DNA of 64,000 nucleotides from Spongiibacteraceae bacterium. GTDB lineage: Bacteria; Pseudomonadota; Gammaproteobacteria; Pseudomonadales; Spongiibacteraceae. The stretch lies in the NCBI GenBank assembly GCA_002710725.1, contig PAKT01000092.1:278-64277 (forward strand). Reading direction: 5' to 3'. The notes beneath the pieces are model-generated. The model worked only from the letters and a program-made list of their open reading frames with translations. It made no database searches and was not told the origin of the DNA. Position 1 is the first letter of the stretch. Each line of letters opens with the position of its first letter. Of this stretch, positions 28,575 to 39,276 are shown piece after piece. A program made the position numbers and the translations under genes.

Positions 28575-28602
28575 AAAAAAGGGCTGCCGAAGCAGCCCTT
28601 TT
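28575..28602. terminator. Rho-independent terminator (bidirectional) after TonB-dependent receptor
   Basis: AAAAAA-GGGCTGC-CGAA-GCAGCCC-TTTT. Confidence 0.85.
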
Positions 28603-28617
28603 CAGACCCGTACTGGA

Positions 28618-31149
28618 TTAATACTCGTAGATGAAATCCAGGCCGTAGGTGCGGGGCTCGCCCCAGATAACAGCGCGGTCAATTTGCGGCGTGTTGTCGA
28701 TGGCAGTGACGTGGTATTCCTCGTCAAAGACATTTTTAACCCAGCCGGCAACCTGGAAGACGCCGCCCCACAGAGGCATGCCGGTAACTCCCAGACGCAT
28801 ATTGGTAAGACGGTAGTCGTCGAGGAAGGTGCCGCGCGACTTGTCGCCGTCTTTGGCCACGTTGAACGAACGTGAGCCACCGTTACGCTCGTCCATAAAG
28901 TTATGGCTGACGTTAAAGTTCAGGCGACCCCACTCACCTTCAGTGATAGTCCAGTCCACCGCCAGGGTGTAGGAATGCTGCGGGGCTGAGAAGAACACAA
29001 AGCTGTCGGAGATATCTTCACCGGTCGCCGCGGAAGTCGCTTTAGTAACGTCAGTATCCAGATAGGCGTAGTTGAACAGCATCAGGATGTCGCGGGTTGC
29101 CAGGAAGGTAATGTCCATTTCCATACCCTGCATTTCTGCTTCACCGGCGTTGCTTACCTTGGTGTCGGCAACGGTACCGGTCAGGATCTGGTTCAGCTGA
29201 ATATCGGTGTATTCACTGTAGAACAGGTTACCGTTCAGACGCAGGCGTCGATCCATCAGCTCGCTTTTAACACCGATTTCATAGGACTGAACTTTTTCTG
29301 AATCGAAGCCTTCTTTGAAACCGAAACCGTAGTCAGTGCCGTCCGAAGCCTCGCCCTGGCTGCCGTCACGCTGCGGGTCGCGGGTGTTAAAACCGCCGGC
29401 TTTGTAGGCCTCAACAGACTTGGCGTAGACGTTGATGTCGTCGGTTACGTCAAACTCAACGGTAAAGGTGAACGAGTCGTCGGAGAAGTCGGTGTCGCCC
29501 TCGACGTTGACAAACTCACGTTCTGCGGAGCTTGGAAGCCCTAGGGCGGGCCCGAACAGCGTGGCAAGGATTGGGTTGCTGGCTTCAGCTGCGCCGCCCA
29601 AAGCAAGCAACAACGGGCTTTCGATGTAGATGAAGTCCTGCTGGTTTTTAAGCGCGAAGCGGCTGTCTTCCGAGTGGCGATAGCCGAAGGTCAGGTGCAG
29701 GCGATCCTGGAGAATGGCCGGTGTCCAGGTGAACTGACCGAACAGGGCGCTGGACTCGTTCTCGACATCGTATTTCTGGCTCAGCAGGTTGACGATGCGA
29801 GTTGTACCTGACGGATCAGCATCAATCGGGGCGCTCAGCTGGTGGTGCAGGGGAGAGTTATCTTCCTGCGCGTTTTCTTCGAAGTAGTAGGCCCCCACGA
29901 TGTACTCAACGCGGCCATCGGCAAAGTCACCGGTGAACTGCAGCTCGTGAGAGGTTTGATCCTGGCTGATTTTGGGCACAACCAGCGGCGTACAGCCACC
30001 AACCGCAACCTGGGCTGCGGGGCCGCAATACACGTTGGAGTCCAGGCGGAAGTCCGGATCACCGTCACCGGTCAGATCGGCGTAGGATTCGTCATCCAGT
30101 GTGCGGTAGGCCGCAATATACTTCATCTGCCAGGTGTCGAAGTCCATGGCGAAGGTCAGAGAGTGCCCTTCAATTTCAGTGTTGGAGTCCTGCATCGGCG
30201 AGCTGCTGGCCAGTTCGTCTTCGCGCTTGTCGCTGTAACTGGTGCGAGAAGACGTTGACTCTTTGATCTGCTCGGTCTGGCCCTTGTTACAGGAGTCCAG
30301 GTCGCCACCACAGGGAGGGGTAACCGGCTGGTAAATGGTGTTTACCGTGGTCAGATCCGAGTAGTCGTAGGCGTAGTCGACGGTCATCCAGTCAGTAACG
30401 TCCCAGCGCAAATCGAGGCGGACGCCCTGTACGTCACGGCTGCCGAAGAAATCTTCGCTGTCACCCGCAACAAAGCCGGGGCTGCTTGGGTCATTGATTG
30501 GGCCGGTATTTTCCAGCCAGCCTTCCTGGCTGGTGGTCAGGTAAGCCACTTTGGCAGCCAGTGTGTCAGTAACGGGCAGGTTCACTGAAGTCTTTGAGGT
30601 GAACAGATCGCGGTTGCCCACAACAAATTTCTGTTTGAACTCAAACGCATCAACAGAGGGGCGTTTGGTGATCAGGTTAACGGCACCACCAGTGGTGTTA
30701 CGACCGTACAGAGTGCCCTGCGGGCCGCGCAGAATTTCCAAACGCTCCAGTTCTGCCACGTCGAGGGCGGTGCCGGTTGCGCGGGCGACGTAGACGCCGT
30801 CAATGTAAATACCGACTGGCGGATCCTGAGTAACCTGAGAGTCGGAAATACCGATACCGCGGATAAAGATACGCAGGGTGGTGTTGTTGATCGGGAAGGG
30901 CTCGATGGTCAGGCTGGGAACCTTGGAGCCGATATCGGCCAGGCTGCTGATGCCATCTGTTTCGAGTCTCTCAGCACCGAAGGCGGTCAAGGAAATGGGA
31001 GTATCCTGCAGTGACTCGGCTTTTTTCTGAGCGGTTACAATGACCTCTTCCAAGGCGATAGGTGCGGATTGCGCATTTCCTTGAGCCGCTGCAATAGACG
31101 ATGCTAAAGCGCTGCCAAGAAACGCGACACCCAGTGCGTATCTTTTCAT
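28618..31149 (-). CDS. TonB-dependent receptor
   Basis: Signal peptide, LEEVIVTAQK TonB box, LRGPQGTLYG plug motif, terminal PRTYG..F.YEY. Confidence 0.93.
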   Translation of the reverse strand: MKRYALGVAFLGSALASSIAAAQGNAQSAPIALEEVIVTAQKKAESLQDTPISLTAFGAERLETDGISSLADIGSKVPSLTIEPFPINNTTLRIFIRGIGISDSQVTQDPPVGIYIDGVYVARATGTALDVAELERLEILRGPQGTLYGRNTTGGAVNLITKRPSVDAFEFKQKFVVGNRDLFTSKTSVNLPVTDTLAAKVAYLTTSQEGWLENTGPINDPSSPGFVAGDSEDFFGSRDVQGVRLDLRWDVTDWMTVDYAYDYSDLTTVNTIYQPVTPPCGGDLDSCNKGQTEQIKESTSSRTSYSDKREDELASSSPMQDSNTEIEGHSLTFAMDFDTWQMKYIAAYRTLDDESYADLTGDGDPDFRLDSNVYCGPAAQVAVGGCTPLVVPKISQDQTSHELQFTGDFADGRVEYIVGAYYFEENAQEDNSPLHHQLSAPIDADPSGTTRIVNLLSQKYDVENESSALFGQFTWTPAILQDRLHLTFGYRHSEDSRFALKNQQDFIYIESPLLLALGGAAEASNPILATLFGPALGLPSSAEREFVNVEGDTDFSDDSFTFTVEFDVTDDINVYAKSVEAYKAGGFNTRDPQRDGSQGEASDGTDYGFGFKEGFDSEKVQSYEIGVKSELMDRRLRLNGNLFYSEYTDIQLNQILTGTVADTKVSNAGEAEMQGMEMDITFLATRDILMLFNYAYLDTDVTKATSAATGEDISDSFVFFSAPQHSYTLAVDWTITEGEWGRLNFNVSHNFMDERNGGSRSFNVAKDGDKSRGTFLDDYRLTNMRLGVTGMPLWGGVFQVAGWVKNVFDEEYHVTAIDNTPQIDRAVIWGEPRTYGLDFIYEY

Positions 31150-31382
31150 AGTTGATCCCTTCCAGCTGGTCGGTATTACCGAAACAAAACTTGTTACTAT
31201 TGTTTGGCGCTGCGTTGCCTTGTTTTGGTTGCGGAACTCGGCAATCTTAAGGCGCCGTTGGCATTGATATTGGTCTAATTACCAATCGGGAATACTACCA
31301 CAGGCTTTGCAAAAAAATAGGACAGATTGAGCCGTGGATTTGGCCTCTATTGTCAATCGGATTTGTCAGTGTTGCGCGATTT

Positions 31383-32654
31383 TTAGAGGCTGTGCCGTTG
31401 ATTATCGGCAAGCTGCTGTTGCAGGGCGATAGCGGCATTGCCGGGATGGCGCAGGTCGATGCCTGAATCTGTGATCCAGTCTGCACTTTCAAGAGCCTCA
31501 AAAAGCGGGATGTCCGGCAGATACTCGCGGCAGGCGTGTACCCATTTCAAGGTTTTGAAGGCGTCAAACCAAGTCATCAGGTGGCGCTCGCATTGCTCGG
31601 CACTGCGGCTATTGTCCCTGGCCTTTTCTATGGATTGCTCACAGTGGAACTGCCGCCAGAGGCTGTGCAGTTGGTCGGCATCAGCACGGCTCTGTTGCGC
31701 TACATCGGTCAGAGCAAACGATCTGCCGAAAGCACTCAGGCGCAGAGCTTTTAGTGCTGCGCGCAACAAGCGAAAACTATCGGGGTGGTAGCTTGTTATA
31801 TCGCTGCCGAATTTCAGGCTGGCGTAGCGCTGTAGTGCCGGGCCTGTGCCAAAGGGGACGCGGTGTGACAATCGACCGCTGGGTCTAACGAGTGGCTCCG
31901 AGGCGTGAACAACACCGCCGAGCTTGGCCAACTTGTTCAACAGGTAAAAGTCTTCACCGCCGGCGCGTTTCGGAAAGCCGTGCGCCTGAGCATAGGCGCG
32001 ACTGTTGAGGGCAATACAGCTGCCGACGGTTGGCCAGGCATAGGGCGACTGGGCGTAACGGAGCCCGGCCACGTAGTGCAGCATATGCAGTTCGTAGCAG
32101 CGAACCGCCCACTCCGGTGCATCGCTTGAGGTGTGGCTGAAGGGGAAAACGCAGGCACCAGCCTGCTCCGGCAGCTTCTGCAATGCCTCGCCGTAATTCT
32201 CCGGCAGGTGGGTGTCGGCATCAGTGGTGCCAAGCCAGGGGCTCGCCACCTGCTTTGAGGCAATCAGCTGACAGGCGATATCACAGCCAATTTTTCGAGC
32301 CAGCCCGACGCCCTGTTTGGCTGGCAGGGGGGCACCCGCTGCGCAGCGATCGACCAGCAGAATGTCCCGGTTTGCATTGTTTCCCCGGTGTTGGTGGAGA
32401 GAAAGGTGATTGTTGCGCCAGCGCGGTGGCTCCAGTTGATCAAGGATTTCGTTTAGCCAGCCGGTCGCCGAGTCAGTGTCCGGGCGGTTGGCAATAACAA
32501 TATAGAGGCCGTCACCTGCGGGTAGTGCCTGCAGAAAGTCGGGCGCTTCATCGTAGGCGGGAATCACTACCGCGTAACGCCAGCACCCCGCCAGCGACTG
32601 CGTCAGGCTGGCTTCGACTTCGGCGTGGCGGGTGAGGTACCTGTTCAGTGGCAT
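31383..32654 (-). CDS. Glycosyltransferase family 2-like protein
   Basis: VVIPAYDE, GVGLARK.G.D, TDAD, GGEDF motifs; coupled to miaE. Confidence 0.65.
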   Translation of the reverse strand: MPLNRYLTRHAEVEASLTQSLAGCWRYAVVIPAYDEAPDFLQALPAGDGLYIVIANRPDTDSATGWLNEILDQLEPPRWRNNHLSLHQHRGNNANRDILLVDRCAAGAPLPAKQGVGLARKIGCDIACQLIASKQVASPWLGTTDADTHLPENYGEALQKLPEQAGACVFPFSHTSSDAPEWAVRCYELHMLHYVAGLRYAQSPYAWPTVGSCIALNSRAYAQAHGFPKRAGGEDFYLLNKLAKLGGVVHASEPLVRPSGRLSHRVPFGTGPALQRYASLKFGSDITSYHPDSFRLLRAALKALRLSAFGRSFALTDVAQQSRADADQLHSLWRQFHCEQSIEKARDNSRSAEQCERHLMTWFDAFKTLKWVHACREYLPDIPLFEALESADWITDSGIDLRHPGNAAIALQQQLADNQRHSL

Positions 32655-33274
32655 CAATGCAGTGCCGCGCGCAGCGGCTGACTGGAGGCTATTTCCGCCT
32701 CAATATCCAGCCATTCCCCAAGGCGTGCGTCGACGACGCTGGCAGGAAAATAGCGGCAGGCGAGATCGGTAAACAGGGTGCGATGGCGTTCTTCCGAGCG
32801 GCTGATGGAGGTGTAAAATCGCTTGATCGGCTCGTCGCTGGCGGCATCGGCAATCAGCCCGAAGCGTTCCGCGCCGCGCGCCTCGATGACGCCGCCCAGC
32901 AGCAGACGGTCGAGGAAATAGGCTTCGCTGCCCTTGCGCAGATGCTTGCGCAGCTGATTGACATAAGGGTCGCGCTCGTCGGCGGCGGTCAGCCCGCCGC
33001 GCGTATGAATCAGCTTGACCACTTCCCGGTAGTGACTCATTTCCTCTACCGCAAGATCAGCCATCGCCTCGACCAGCTCGGGTTTGTCCGGATAGTGGGA
33101 GGCCATGGAGATAGCCATGCCTGCGGCCTTTTTTTCGGCGGCGGCGTGATCCAGCAAAAAATGATCAAAATCGGCCAGTACGGTTTCTGCCCAGTCGGCG
33201 GGGGTGGTGTAGCGCAGGATAATCACAGGGAAAGTGTCATTCTCGGCGGATAAATTGAGGGTGAGCCCGGACAT
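32654..33274 (-). CDS. miaE: tRNA-(ms2io6A) hydroxylase MiaE-like
   Basis: LLDHAAAEKKA, EEMSH, DPYV, IEAR..ERF, SEERH di-iron motifs. Confidence 0.85.
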   Translation of the reverse strand: MSGLTLNLSAENDTFPVIILRYTTPADWAETVLADFDHFLLDHAAAEKKAAGMAISMASHYPDKPELVEAMADLAVEEMSHYREVVKLIHTRGGLTAADERDPYVNQLRKHLRKGSEAYFLDRLLLGGVIEARGAERFGLIADAASDEPIKRFYTSISRSEERHRTLFTDLACRYFPASVVDARLGEWLDIEAEIASSQPLRAALH

Positions 33275-33374
33275 TCTGCTGGCTGCGAATGTTGACGTCG
33301 AACATTAGTCCGGGCGGATTCAGGCTGCTAGAATGCGGCCTGTCAAAAGGCCTATTGTAAAAGGAATAAGCTGC

Positions 33375-34565
33375 ATGGTCATCAAACCCCGCGTCCGCGG
33401 TTTTATGTGTGTCACCAGCCACCCGCTTGGCTGTGAGGCGAACGTTAAAGAGCAGATCGACTACGTCAAAGCCCAGGGCCCCATCGAGAATGCCCCCAAA
33501 AGGGTGCTGGTCATCGGTGCCTCCACCGGTTATGGCCTGGCATCCCGCATTACCGCCGCCTTTGGTTGCGGCGCCTCCACCTTGGGTATTTTCTTTGAAA
33601 AAGAAGGCAGTGACCGCAAGCCCGGTACGGCGGGCTGGTACAACTCGGCGGCCTTTCACAAGTTTGCCGAGGCTGATGGCCTGTACGCCAAAAGCATTAA
33701 CGGCGATGCCTTCTCCGATGCTCTGAAAGAAAAAACCATCGAGCAGATTAAAGCTGATCTGGGTCAGGTGGATCTGGTGGTCTACAGCCTCGCGGCACCG
33801 CGCCGAGAGCACCCCAAAACCGGCGAAGTACATTGGTCTACCCTGAAGCCCATTGGCAAAGCCGTGACCCAGCGCGGCGTGAATACCGACAAGGAACTGG
33901 TTGAAGACGTTACGCTGGAAGAGGCCAATCAGGAAGAGATCGACAACACCGTGGCGGTGATGGGTGGTGAAGACTGGCAAATGTGGATCAACGCGCTGGA
34001 TGAGGCGGGTGTGCTGGCCGAGGGCGCCAAAACCACCGCTTACACCTATCTGGGCGAGAAGATTACCTGGGATATTTACTGGCACGGCACCATTGGGCAG
34101 GCCAAGCAGGATCTCGACAAGCGGGTGCTGGATATTCGCAAGAAGCTGGCGGCCAAAGGAGGCGATGCGCGGGTATCGGTATTGAAAGCCGTGGTCACCC
34201 AGGCCAGTTCAGCCATTCCGATTATGCCCCTCTATCTGGCCCTGCTGTTCAAGCAGATGAAGGCCGACGGCAGCCACGAAGGCTGTATCGAGCAGATTGA
34301 CGGCCTGTTCCGCGACAACCTCTACAGCGATTCACCGCGACTCGATAAAGAGGGTCGTCTGCGTCAGGATCACCTGGAGCTGCGCCCGGAAATTCAGGAC
34401 GCTGTGGCCGCCGAATGGGCCAAGGTCACCAGTGACAACCTGCGGGAGGTGACTGACTTTGCCGGCTATAAGCACGAGTTCATGCGTCTGTTCGGCTTTG
34501 AAGTGGACGGTGTGGACTACGAAGCCGACGTCGACCCTAACGTGCCCATCACAAACCTCGTTTGA
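33375..34565 (+). CDS. fabV: Enoyl-ACP reductase FabV
   Basis: [43 protein letters not shown]. Confidence 0.95.
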   Translation: MVIKPRVRGFMCVTSHPLGCEANVKEQIDYVKAQGPIENAPKRVLVIGASTGYGLASRITAAFGCGASTLGIFFEKEGSDRKPGTAGWYNSAAFHKFAEADGLYAKSINGDAFSDALKEKTIEQIKADLGQVDLVVYSLAAPRREHPKTGEVHWSTLKPIGKAVTQRGVNTDKELVEDVTLEEANQEEIDNTVAVMGGEDWQMWINALDEAGVLAEGAKTTAYTYLGEKITWDIYWHGTIGQAKQDLDKRVLDIRKKLAAKGGDARVSVLKAVVTQASSAIPIMPLYLALLFKQMKADGSHEGCIEQIDGLFRDNLYSDSPRLDKEGRLRQDHLELRPEIQDAVAAEWAKVTSDNLREVTDFAGYKHEFMRLFGFEVDGVDYEADVDPNVPITNLV

Positions 34566-35404
34566 TGGACGACTTTACCCACGGCAAGGCCGTTGAACTG
34601 GCCCCCGGCGTGCGCCGGGTGGTCGCGCCCAATCCCGGCGTGATGACCGGGCCGGGTACCAACAGCTATCTGCTGGGCATAAAAAACGTCACCGTACTCG
34701 ACCCGGGCCCCGCCGATGCTGAGCACGCCGCGGCGATTCTGGGCGCGGTCGAGGCCGGCGGCGGCAAGCTGGTACAGATTGTCACCACCCACACCCACCC
34801 GGATCATTCACCCTGCGCCGCCCTGTTGCAGGAGAAAACCGGCGCGACCGTCATCGGCGCGGTCATCGCCCAGGATGGTTTTCAGGATGAGAGTTTTTCC
34901 CCTGATCGTGAGCCGACACACGATGAGATTATCGATGTGGATGGCGATGCGCTGCGGGCGATCTATTCGCCGGGTCACGTCGGCAATCACTTCTGCTATC
35001 TGCACGAGCGCAGCGGCCTGCTGTTTACCGGCGACCATGTCATGCAGGGCTCAACCGTGGTGATCATACCGCCGGCCGGCGATATGAAAGATTACATTGA
35101 TTCGCTGCGACGCATGCTGGACTATCCGCTGAAATTTATTGCGCCGGGCCATGGGGGATTGATTGCTGAGCCAGCCAAAGAGCTGGATTATCTGGTCAAG
35201 CACCGCCTGAAGCGCGAAGCTAAAGTGGCAGACAAACTGGCGGCTTTTGAGCAGGTGATGCTGGACGAACTGGTGCTGTCGGTGTACGACGACGTCGACC
35301 CGTCACTGCACCCGGCGGCACAGTACTCTCTGCTGGCGCATTTGTTGAAGCTTGAGAAAGAGGGGCGGGCGATGCGCAATGGCGATAATTGGTCGCTGAT
35401 TTGA
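34565..35404 (+). CDS. MBL-fold metallo-hydrolase (LACTB2-like)
   Basis: NPGVMTGPGTNSY, THTHPDH, PGH, GDH, PGHG. Confidence 0.88.
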   Translation: MDDFTHGKAVELAPGVRRVVAPNPGVMTGPGTNSYLLGIKNVTVLDPGPADAEHAAAILGAVEAGGGKLVQIVTTHTHPDHSPCAALLQEKTGATVIGAVIAQDGFQDESFSPDREPTHDEIIDVDGDALRAIYSPGHVGNHFCYLHERSGLLFTGDHVMQGSTVVIIPPAGDMKDYIDSLRRMLDYPLKFIAPGHGGLIAEPAKELDYLVKHRLKREAKVADKLAAFEQVMLDELVLSVYDDVDPSLHPAAQYSLLAHLLKLEKEGRAMRNGDNWSLI

Positions 35405-35408
35405 ATAT

Positions 35409-35592
35409 CCCCTCACCCTAACCCAGTGATTCGCTGCGCTCAGGGCTACGCCCCACCGTCGCAAGCTCCGGTGCCCAAACCCCATGGGTTTGTCCCAAAG
35501 GGAGAGGGGGCGCAATAAAGCGAGATAGCAGGGGTGTTCAGCGAAGCTGAATATATGTCCCCTCTCCCTCTGGGAGAGGGTTAGGGTGAGGG
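35409..35592. repeat. Inverted pair of REP-like elements, left copy interrupted by a multi-hairpin insert
   Basis: CCCTCACCCTAACCC..[insert]..TCCCAAAGGGAGAGGG and CCCTCTCCCTCTGGGAGAGGGTTAGGGTGAGGG between convergent genes. Confidence 0.75.
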
Positions 35593-35598
35593 CAGGTT

Positions 35599-36456
35599 TT
35601 AGCCTAAAGCCTCAACCACATACTGCGGCAGCGCAAAACTGCCCGCATGAATCACCGGGTTGTAAAACCGCGTCTTGATCCCGCTCTCGCTATACCGGGC
35701 TGCCAGCGTTTCCAGTGGCACATTGCGCGCCGCTGGATTATCGCTGCCCCAGGCAAAGGTCATGATGCCGCCCACATAGGTTGGCACCGCAGCGGTAAAA
35801 AAGTGCGTGTCAGCCAGATACGGCGACAGGCGCTTTTTCGTGGTACTCACTTCGTCCTGCTGCATAAAACACACCCCGTTCTGGGCTGCAAAAATACCGC
35901 CGGGCTTGAGGCAGCGTTTTACGCCTTCGTAAAAGGGGCTGGTAAACAGAACTTCGCCGGGACCGATCGGATCGGTGCTGTCTGACAGGATCACGTCGAA
36001 CTGCCGGTCGCAGTGCTTCACGTAGTTGATGCCGTCGTCGATCACGATATTGGCGCGGGGATTGTCGTAGGCACCGGCCGAGTGGTTCGGCAGGTACTCT
36101 ACACACATATCGATAACCGCCTGATCAATTTCGACCTGGGTAACGTGGTCCACGCCCTCGTGCTTGAGCACTTCACGCAAGAGGCCGCCGTCGCCGCCGC
36201 CAATAATCAGCACATCCCTGGCTTCGCCGTGGGCGAACAGCGGAACGTGTGCCAGCATCTCGTGGTAGATGAACTCGTCGCGCTCGGTGGTCTGGATGAT
36301 GCCATCCAGAGCCATTACGCGACCAAAGCTTATCGACTCAAAAATAATGAGATGCTGGTGGTCTGTTTTGTTCTCGAAGAGAACGTTCTTGATGCCAAAG
36401 GTCTGGGCCCAGCCATCGTGCAGTTTCTCCTGAAACTGCAGGTGCTGCTCAGACAT
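35599..36456 (-). CDS. speE: Spermidine synthase (polyamine aminopropyltransferase)
   Basis: [34 protein letters not shown]; start at MSEQ. Confidence 0.95.
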   Translation of the reverse strand: MSEQHLQFQEKLHDGWAQTFGIKNVLFENKTDHQHLIIFESISFGRVMALDGIIQTTERDEFIYHEMLAHVPLFAHGEARDVLIIGGGDGGLLREVLKHEGVDHVTQVEIDQAVIDMCVEYLPNHSAGAYDNPRANIVIDDGINYVKHCDRQFDVILSDSTDPIGPGEVLFTSPFYEGVKRCLKPGGIFAAQNGVCFMQQDEVSTTKKRLSPYLADTHFFTAAVPTYVGGIMTFAWGSDNPAARNVPLETLAARYSESGIKTRFYNPVIHAGSFALPQYVVEALG

Positions 36457-36904
36457 CCTCCATCCTCCCGCGCAGGTTTTCGCTGACTTCAATGCGCTTC
36501 GGATGGAAGGCGCGTTGCAGTACAGGGATCGCCAGTTCGGGACGGGCATCGCCACACATGAATACGTCAAAGGCAGCGTAGTCGCGTTCGGGCCAGGTGT
36601 GCACACTGATGTGTGACTCTGCCAGAACCGCTACACCGGAGACGCCGCCGTTGGGCGTAAAGTGGTGCATATGAATATGCAGCAGCGTAGCGCCACAGAC
36701 TTTAACGGCTTCTAGAAAGGCTTTTTCCATTCTGGGGATGTCATCGAGATGGGAGGCTCCCCAGAGATCGATGATCAGATGTGTACCGGCGTATGCTACA
36801 CCGTCACGGACGATGAAATGATCTTGGTTTTCATCGGAGGAGGTGTATACGTTAACAGCTGATGAGCCGGCTTCCATTGTCGGCATAAGGTCCAATTTCT
36901 TCAT
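36449..36904 (-). CDS. speD: S-adenosylmethionine decarboxylase proenzyme
   Basis: [20 protein letters not shown]...DVFMCG. Confidence 0.93.
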   Translation of the reverse strand: MKKLDLMPTMEAGSSAVNVYTSSDENQDHFIVRDGVAYAGTHLIIDLWGASHLDDIPRMEKAFLEAVKVCGATLLHIHMHHFTPNGGVSGVAVLAESHISVHTWPERDYAAFDVFMCGDARPELAIPVLQRAFHPKRIEVSENLRGRMEDV

Positions 36905-37082
36905 TTAGCATAAGTCCCCCAGTGAGGTGGAAAGAGGGCGCCATTTATACCGGTTTTGTCAGAAATAGCAACAATATTAGAAAGTTTTTTGGTAGTGTGG
37001 GATCTCGGTCTTCGGGCCGGCCTTTCGGCATGATTTTTGATTGTTTTACAAGAAGTTGGTTGTGGATTGGGAGTCGAGAGCG

Positions 37083-37742
37083 ATGTCGAACAAAAGCTAT
37101 GGTCTGACGGATGCGGAGCACCGCTATCTGCTGGAAACTACGGTCAGGGAGCACTCACTGCTCAATGAGCTGCGGCAGGAAACCATGGCCATGCCCATGG
37201 CCCGGATGCAGATCGCCCCCGAGCAGGCCCAGTTTATGCAGCTGCTGATTAATATGCTGGGTGCCAGCCACACCATTGAGATTGGCGTGTTTACCGGTTA
37301 CAGCACCCTTGCCACCGCGCTGGCGCTGCCGCCGGAGGGGCGAATCATCGCCTGCGATACCAGTAAGGAATACACCGATGTTGCCCGACGCTACTGGGAG
37401 CAGGCGGGGGTGGACTACAAGATCGACCTGCGTCTGGGGCCTGCGGCCGAGACACTGGCGGCGATGATCGCCTCGGGCGAGCGCGAGTATTACGACTTCG
37501 CCTTTATTGATGCGGACAAGGAAAACTACGCCCAGTACTACGAACAGTGCCTGACCCTGCTCCGCCCCGGCGGCCTGATCGCCATCGACAATGCGCTCTG
37601 GGACGGTCGCGTTGCCGAGCCTGGTGAGGATGAAGAAACTCGGGCCATCCAGAAGGTCAACGCGCTGGTGGGGGCGGACGACCGGGTAGAGTGCAGTCTG
37701 GTGCCGATTGGTGACGGGCTGCTTCTGGCAAGAAAACTGTAG
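37083..37742 (+). CDS. Class I SAM-dependent O-methyltransferase (caffeoyl-CoA OMT-like)
   Basis: EIGVFTGYS, FIDADK, GGLIAIDNALW.G, IGDGL. Confidence 0.88.
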   Translation: MSNKSYGLTDAEHRYLLETTVREHSLLNELRQETMAMPMARMQIAPEQAQFMQLLINMLGASHTIEIGVFTGYSTLATALALPPEGRIIACDTSKEYTDVARRYWEQAGVDYKIDLRLGPAAETLAAMIASGEREYYDFAFIDADKENYAQYYEQCLTLLRPGGLIAIDNALWDGRVAEPGEDEETRAIQKVNALVGADDRVECSLVPIGDGLLLARKL

Positions 37743-37774
37743 GTATATAAGAAGCACGACAGAAGGAGTGCACG

Positions 37775-38425
37775 ATGGGTTTGTTTGGTAAGTCGAGTGA
37801 ATTACCCTCGCCGGAAAGGGCTCTGCCCGGACGCAGCGAGGCGATGCCCGTTCCGGAGCGGCACTATGTGCTGGACGCTCCGTTGAAAGGGCCTTATCCG
37901 GTGCATCTGGAAACCGCCATGTTTGGTTTGGGCTGCTTCTGGGGTGCCGAGCGCAAGTTCTGGCAACTGGACGGGGTCTACACAACGGCAGTGGGCTATG
38001 CGGCGGGCCTTACCCCAAACCCCACCTATCAGGAGGTCTGCACCGGCATGACCGGCCACAATGAGGTGGTGCTGGTGGTGTTTGATCCGTCGATCATCAG
38101 TTATGAAACCCTGCTGCAAACCTTCTGGGAAAGTCACAACCCGACCCAGGGCATGCGTCAGGGCAACGACGTTGGTACTCAGTACCGGTCCGGCATCTAT
38201 AGCTACGGTGACGCGCAGCAGGCGCAGGCGGAAAATTCCAAAGTGGCCTACGAGCGGGCTTTGCAGGAAAAAGGCCTGCCCCCGATCACCACCGAAATTA
38301 TCGCCGCGCCCGAGTTCTATTTTGCCGAGGACTACCACCAGCAGTACCTGGCCAAAAATCCGGGGGGCTATTGCGGGCTGGGCGGAACCGGTGTGTGTTA
38401 TCCGGGCGCTGGAACAGAGGCCTGA
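37775..38425 (+). CDS. msrA: Peptide-methionine (S)-S-oxide reductase
   Basis: [31 protein letters not shown]. Confidence 0.96.
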   Translation: MGLFGKSSELPSPERALPGRSEAMPVPERHYVLDAPLKGPYPVHLETAMFGLGCFWGAERKFWQLDGVYTTAVGYAAGLTPNPTYQEVCTGMTGHNEVVLVVFDPSIISYETLLQTFWESHNPTQGMRQGNDVGTQYRSGIYSYGDAQQAQAENSKVAYERALQEKGLPPITTEIIAAPEFYFAEDYHQQYLAKNPGGYCGLGGTGVCYPGAGTEA

Positions 38426-38463
38426 AGGTATCGCCCGACAAAATTAAAATAAGGAGTGTTGCT

Positions 38464-39276
38464 GTGGCGGAATCACTGCGTGATCGCTTTGGCCCTGTGG
38501 CGCTGGTAACCGGAGCCTCTTCGGGGCTGGGCAAAGCCTTCGCCCGTCATCTGGCACGAGAGGGTTTCGACCTGATCATAACTGCGCGGCGAGAGCCTGA
38601 ATTAACGGCTTTGGCTGAGGAGCTTCGCGCCCAATACAATGTTCGCTGTCTGGTCAGAACGGTGGATTTATCAGACGCCAGGGCGGTTGATACTCTGCTG
38701 GCTTCGCTGGGAGAAGAGGAAATCGATCTGCTGGTCAGCAATGCAGGCTTTGGCACCAAGGGCCGCTTTGAAGCAGATAGCCTCGACACGTGCATCGCGA
38801 TGGTCAACACCAACTGCGTCGCTTCTCTGGCACTGTGCCATCACTTGCTGCCGGGAATGAAGGCGCGCAAGCGCGGTGGTGTGATTCTGACCGGGTCTAT
38901 GGAAGGTGAAGTGGCCTTTCCGTTTTCAGCGACCTATGCCGCCAGCAAGGCCTTTCTGCATTCCTTGGGCACCGCTCTGACAGCGGAGTGTGAAGGCAGC
39001 GGTGTCGATATTCTGCTGTTGGCCCCAGGGCCCACAGATACCGAAGCTCCACGTAAGCAGGGTTTCAGCAATGAGCAACTGTCCGGGTTGATGGCCCCGG
39101 AAGCGGTGGTGGAGGGTGCATTGTCGCAGTTGGGCCGGCGCAGCTACTGGATGCCGGGCTGGCAGAATAGACTGATGATTCGCATGCTGAAATGGCTGCC
39201 GCGCCGTATGGCAGCGCGGATGGCCGGAGCGGGATTAAAGGCCGCCCTAAAAAAGAGCGGCCGCGAGCTTGTTTAG
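38464..39276 (+). CDS. Short-chain dehydrogenase/reductase
   Basis: TGASSGLG, NAG, YAASK; AGGAG RBS before GTG. Confidence 0.88.
   Translation: MAESLRDRFGPVALVTGASSGLGKAFARHLAREGFDLIITARREPELTALAEELRAQYNVRCLVRTVDLSDARAVDTLLASLGEEEIDLLVSNAGFGTKGRFEADSLDTCIAMVNTNCVASLALCHHLLPGMKARKRGGVILTGSMEGEVAFPFSATYAASKAFLHSLGTALTAECEGSGVDILLLAPGPTDTEAPRKQGFSNEQLSGLMAPEAVVEGALSQLGRRSYWMPGWQNRLMIRMLKWLPRRMAARMAGAGLKAALKKSGRELV

Noticed and set aside
35599-36606. 335-aa speE, and other extended N-termini in the ORF track (hrpB 2856, thiolase 48176, lipase 58859, SDR 38371)
   Set aside because: Extensions overlap neighbouring genes; downstream starts fit the family N-termini better.
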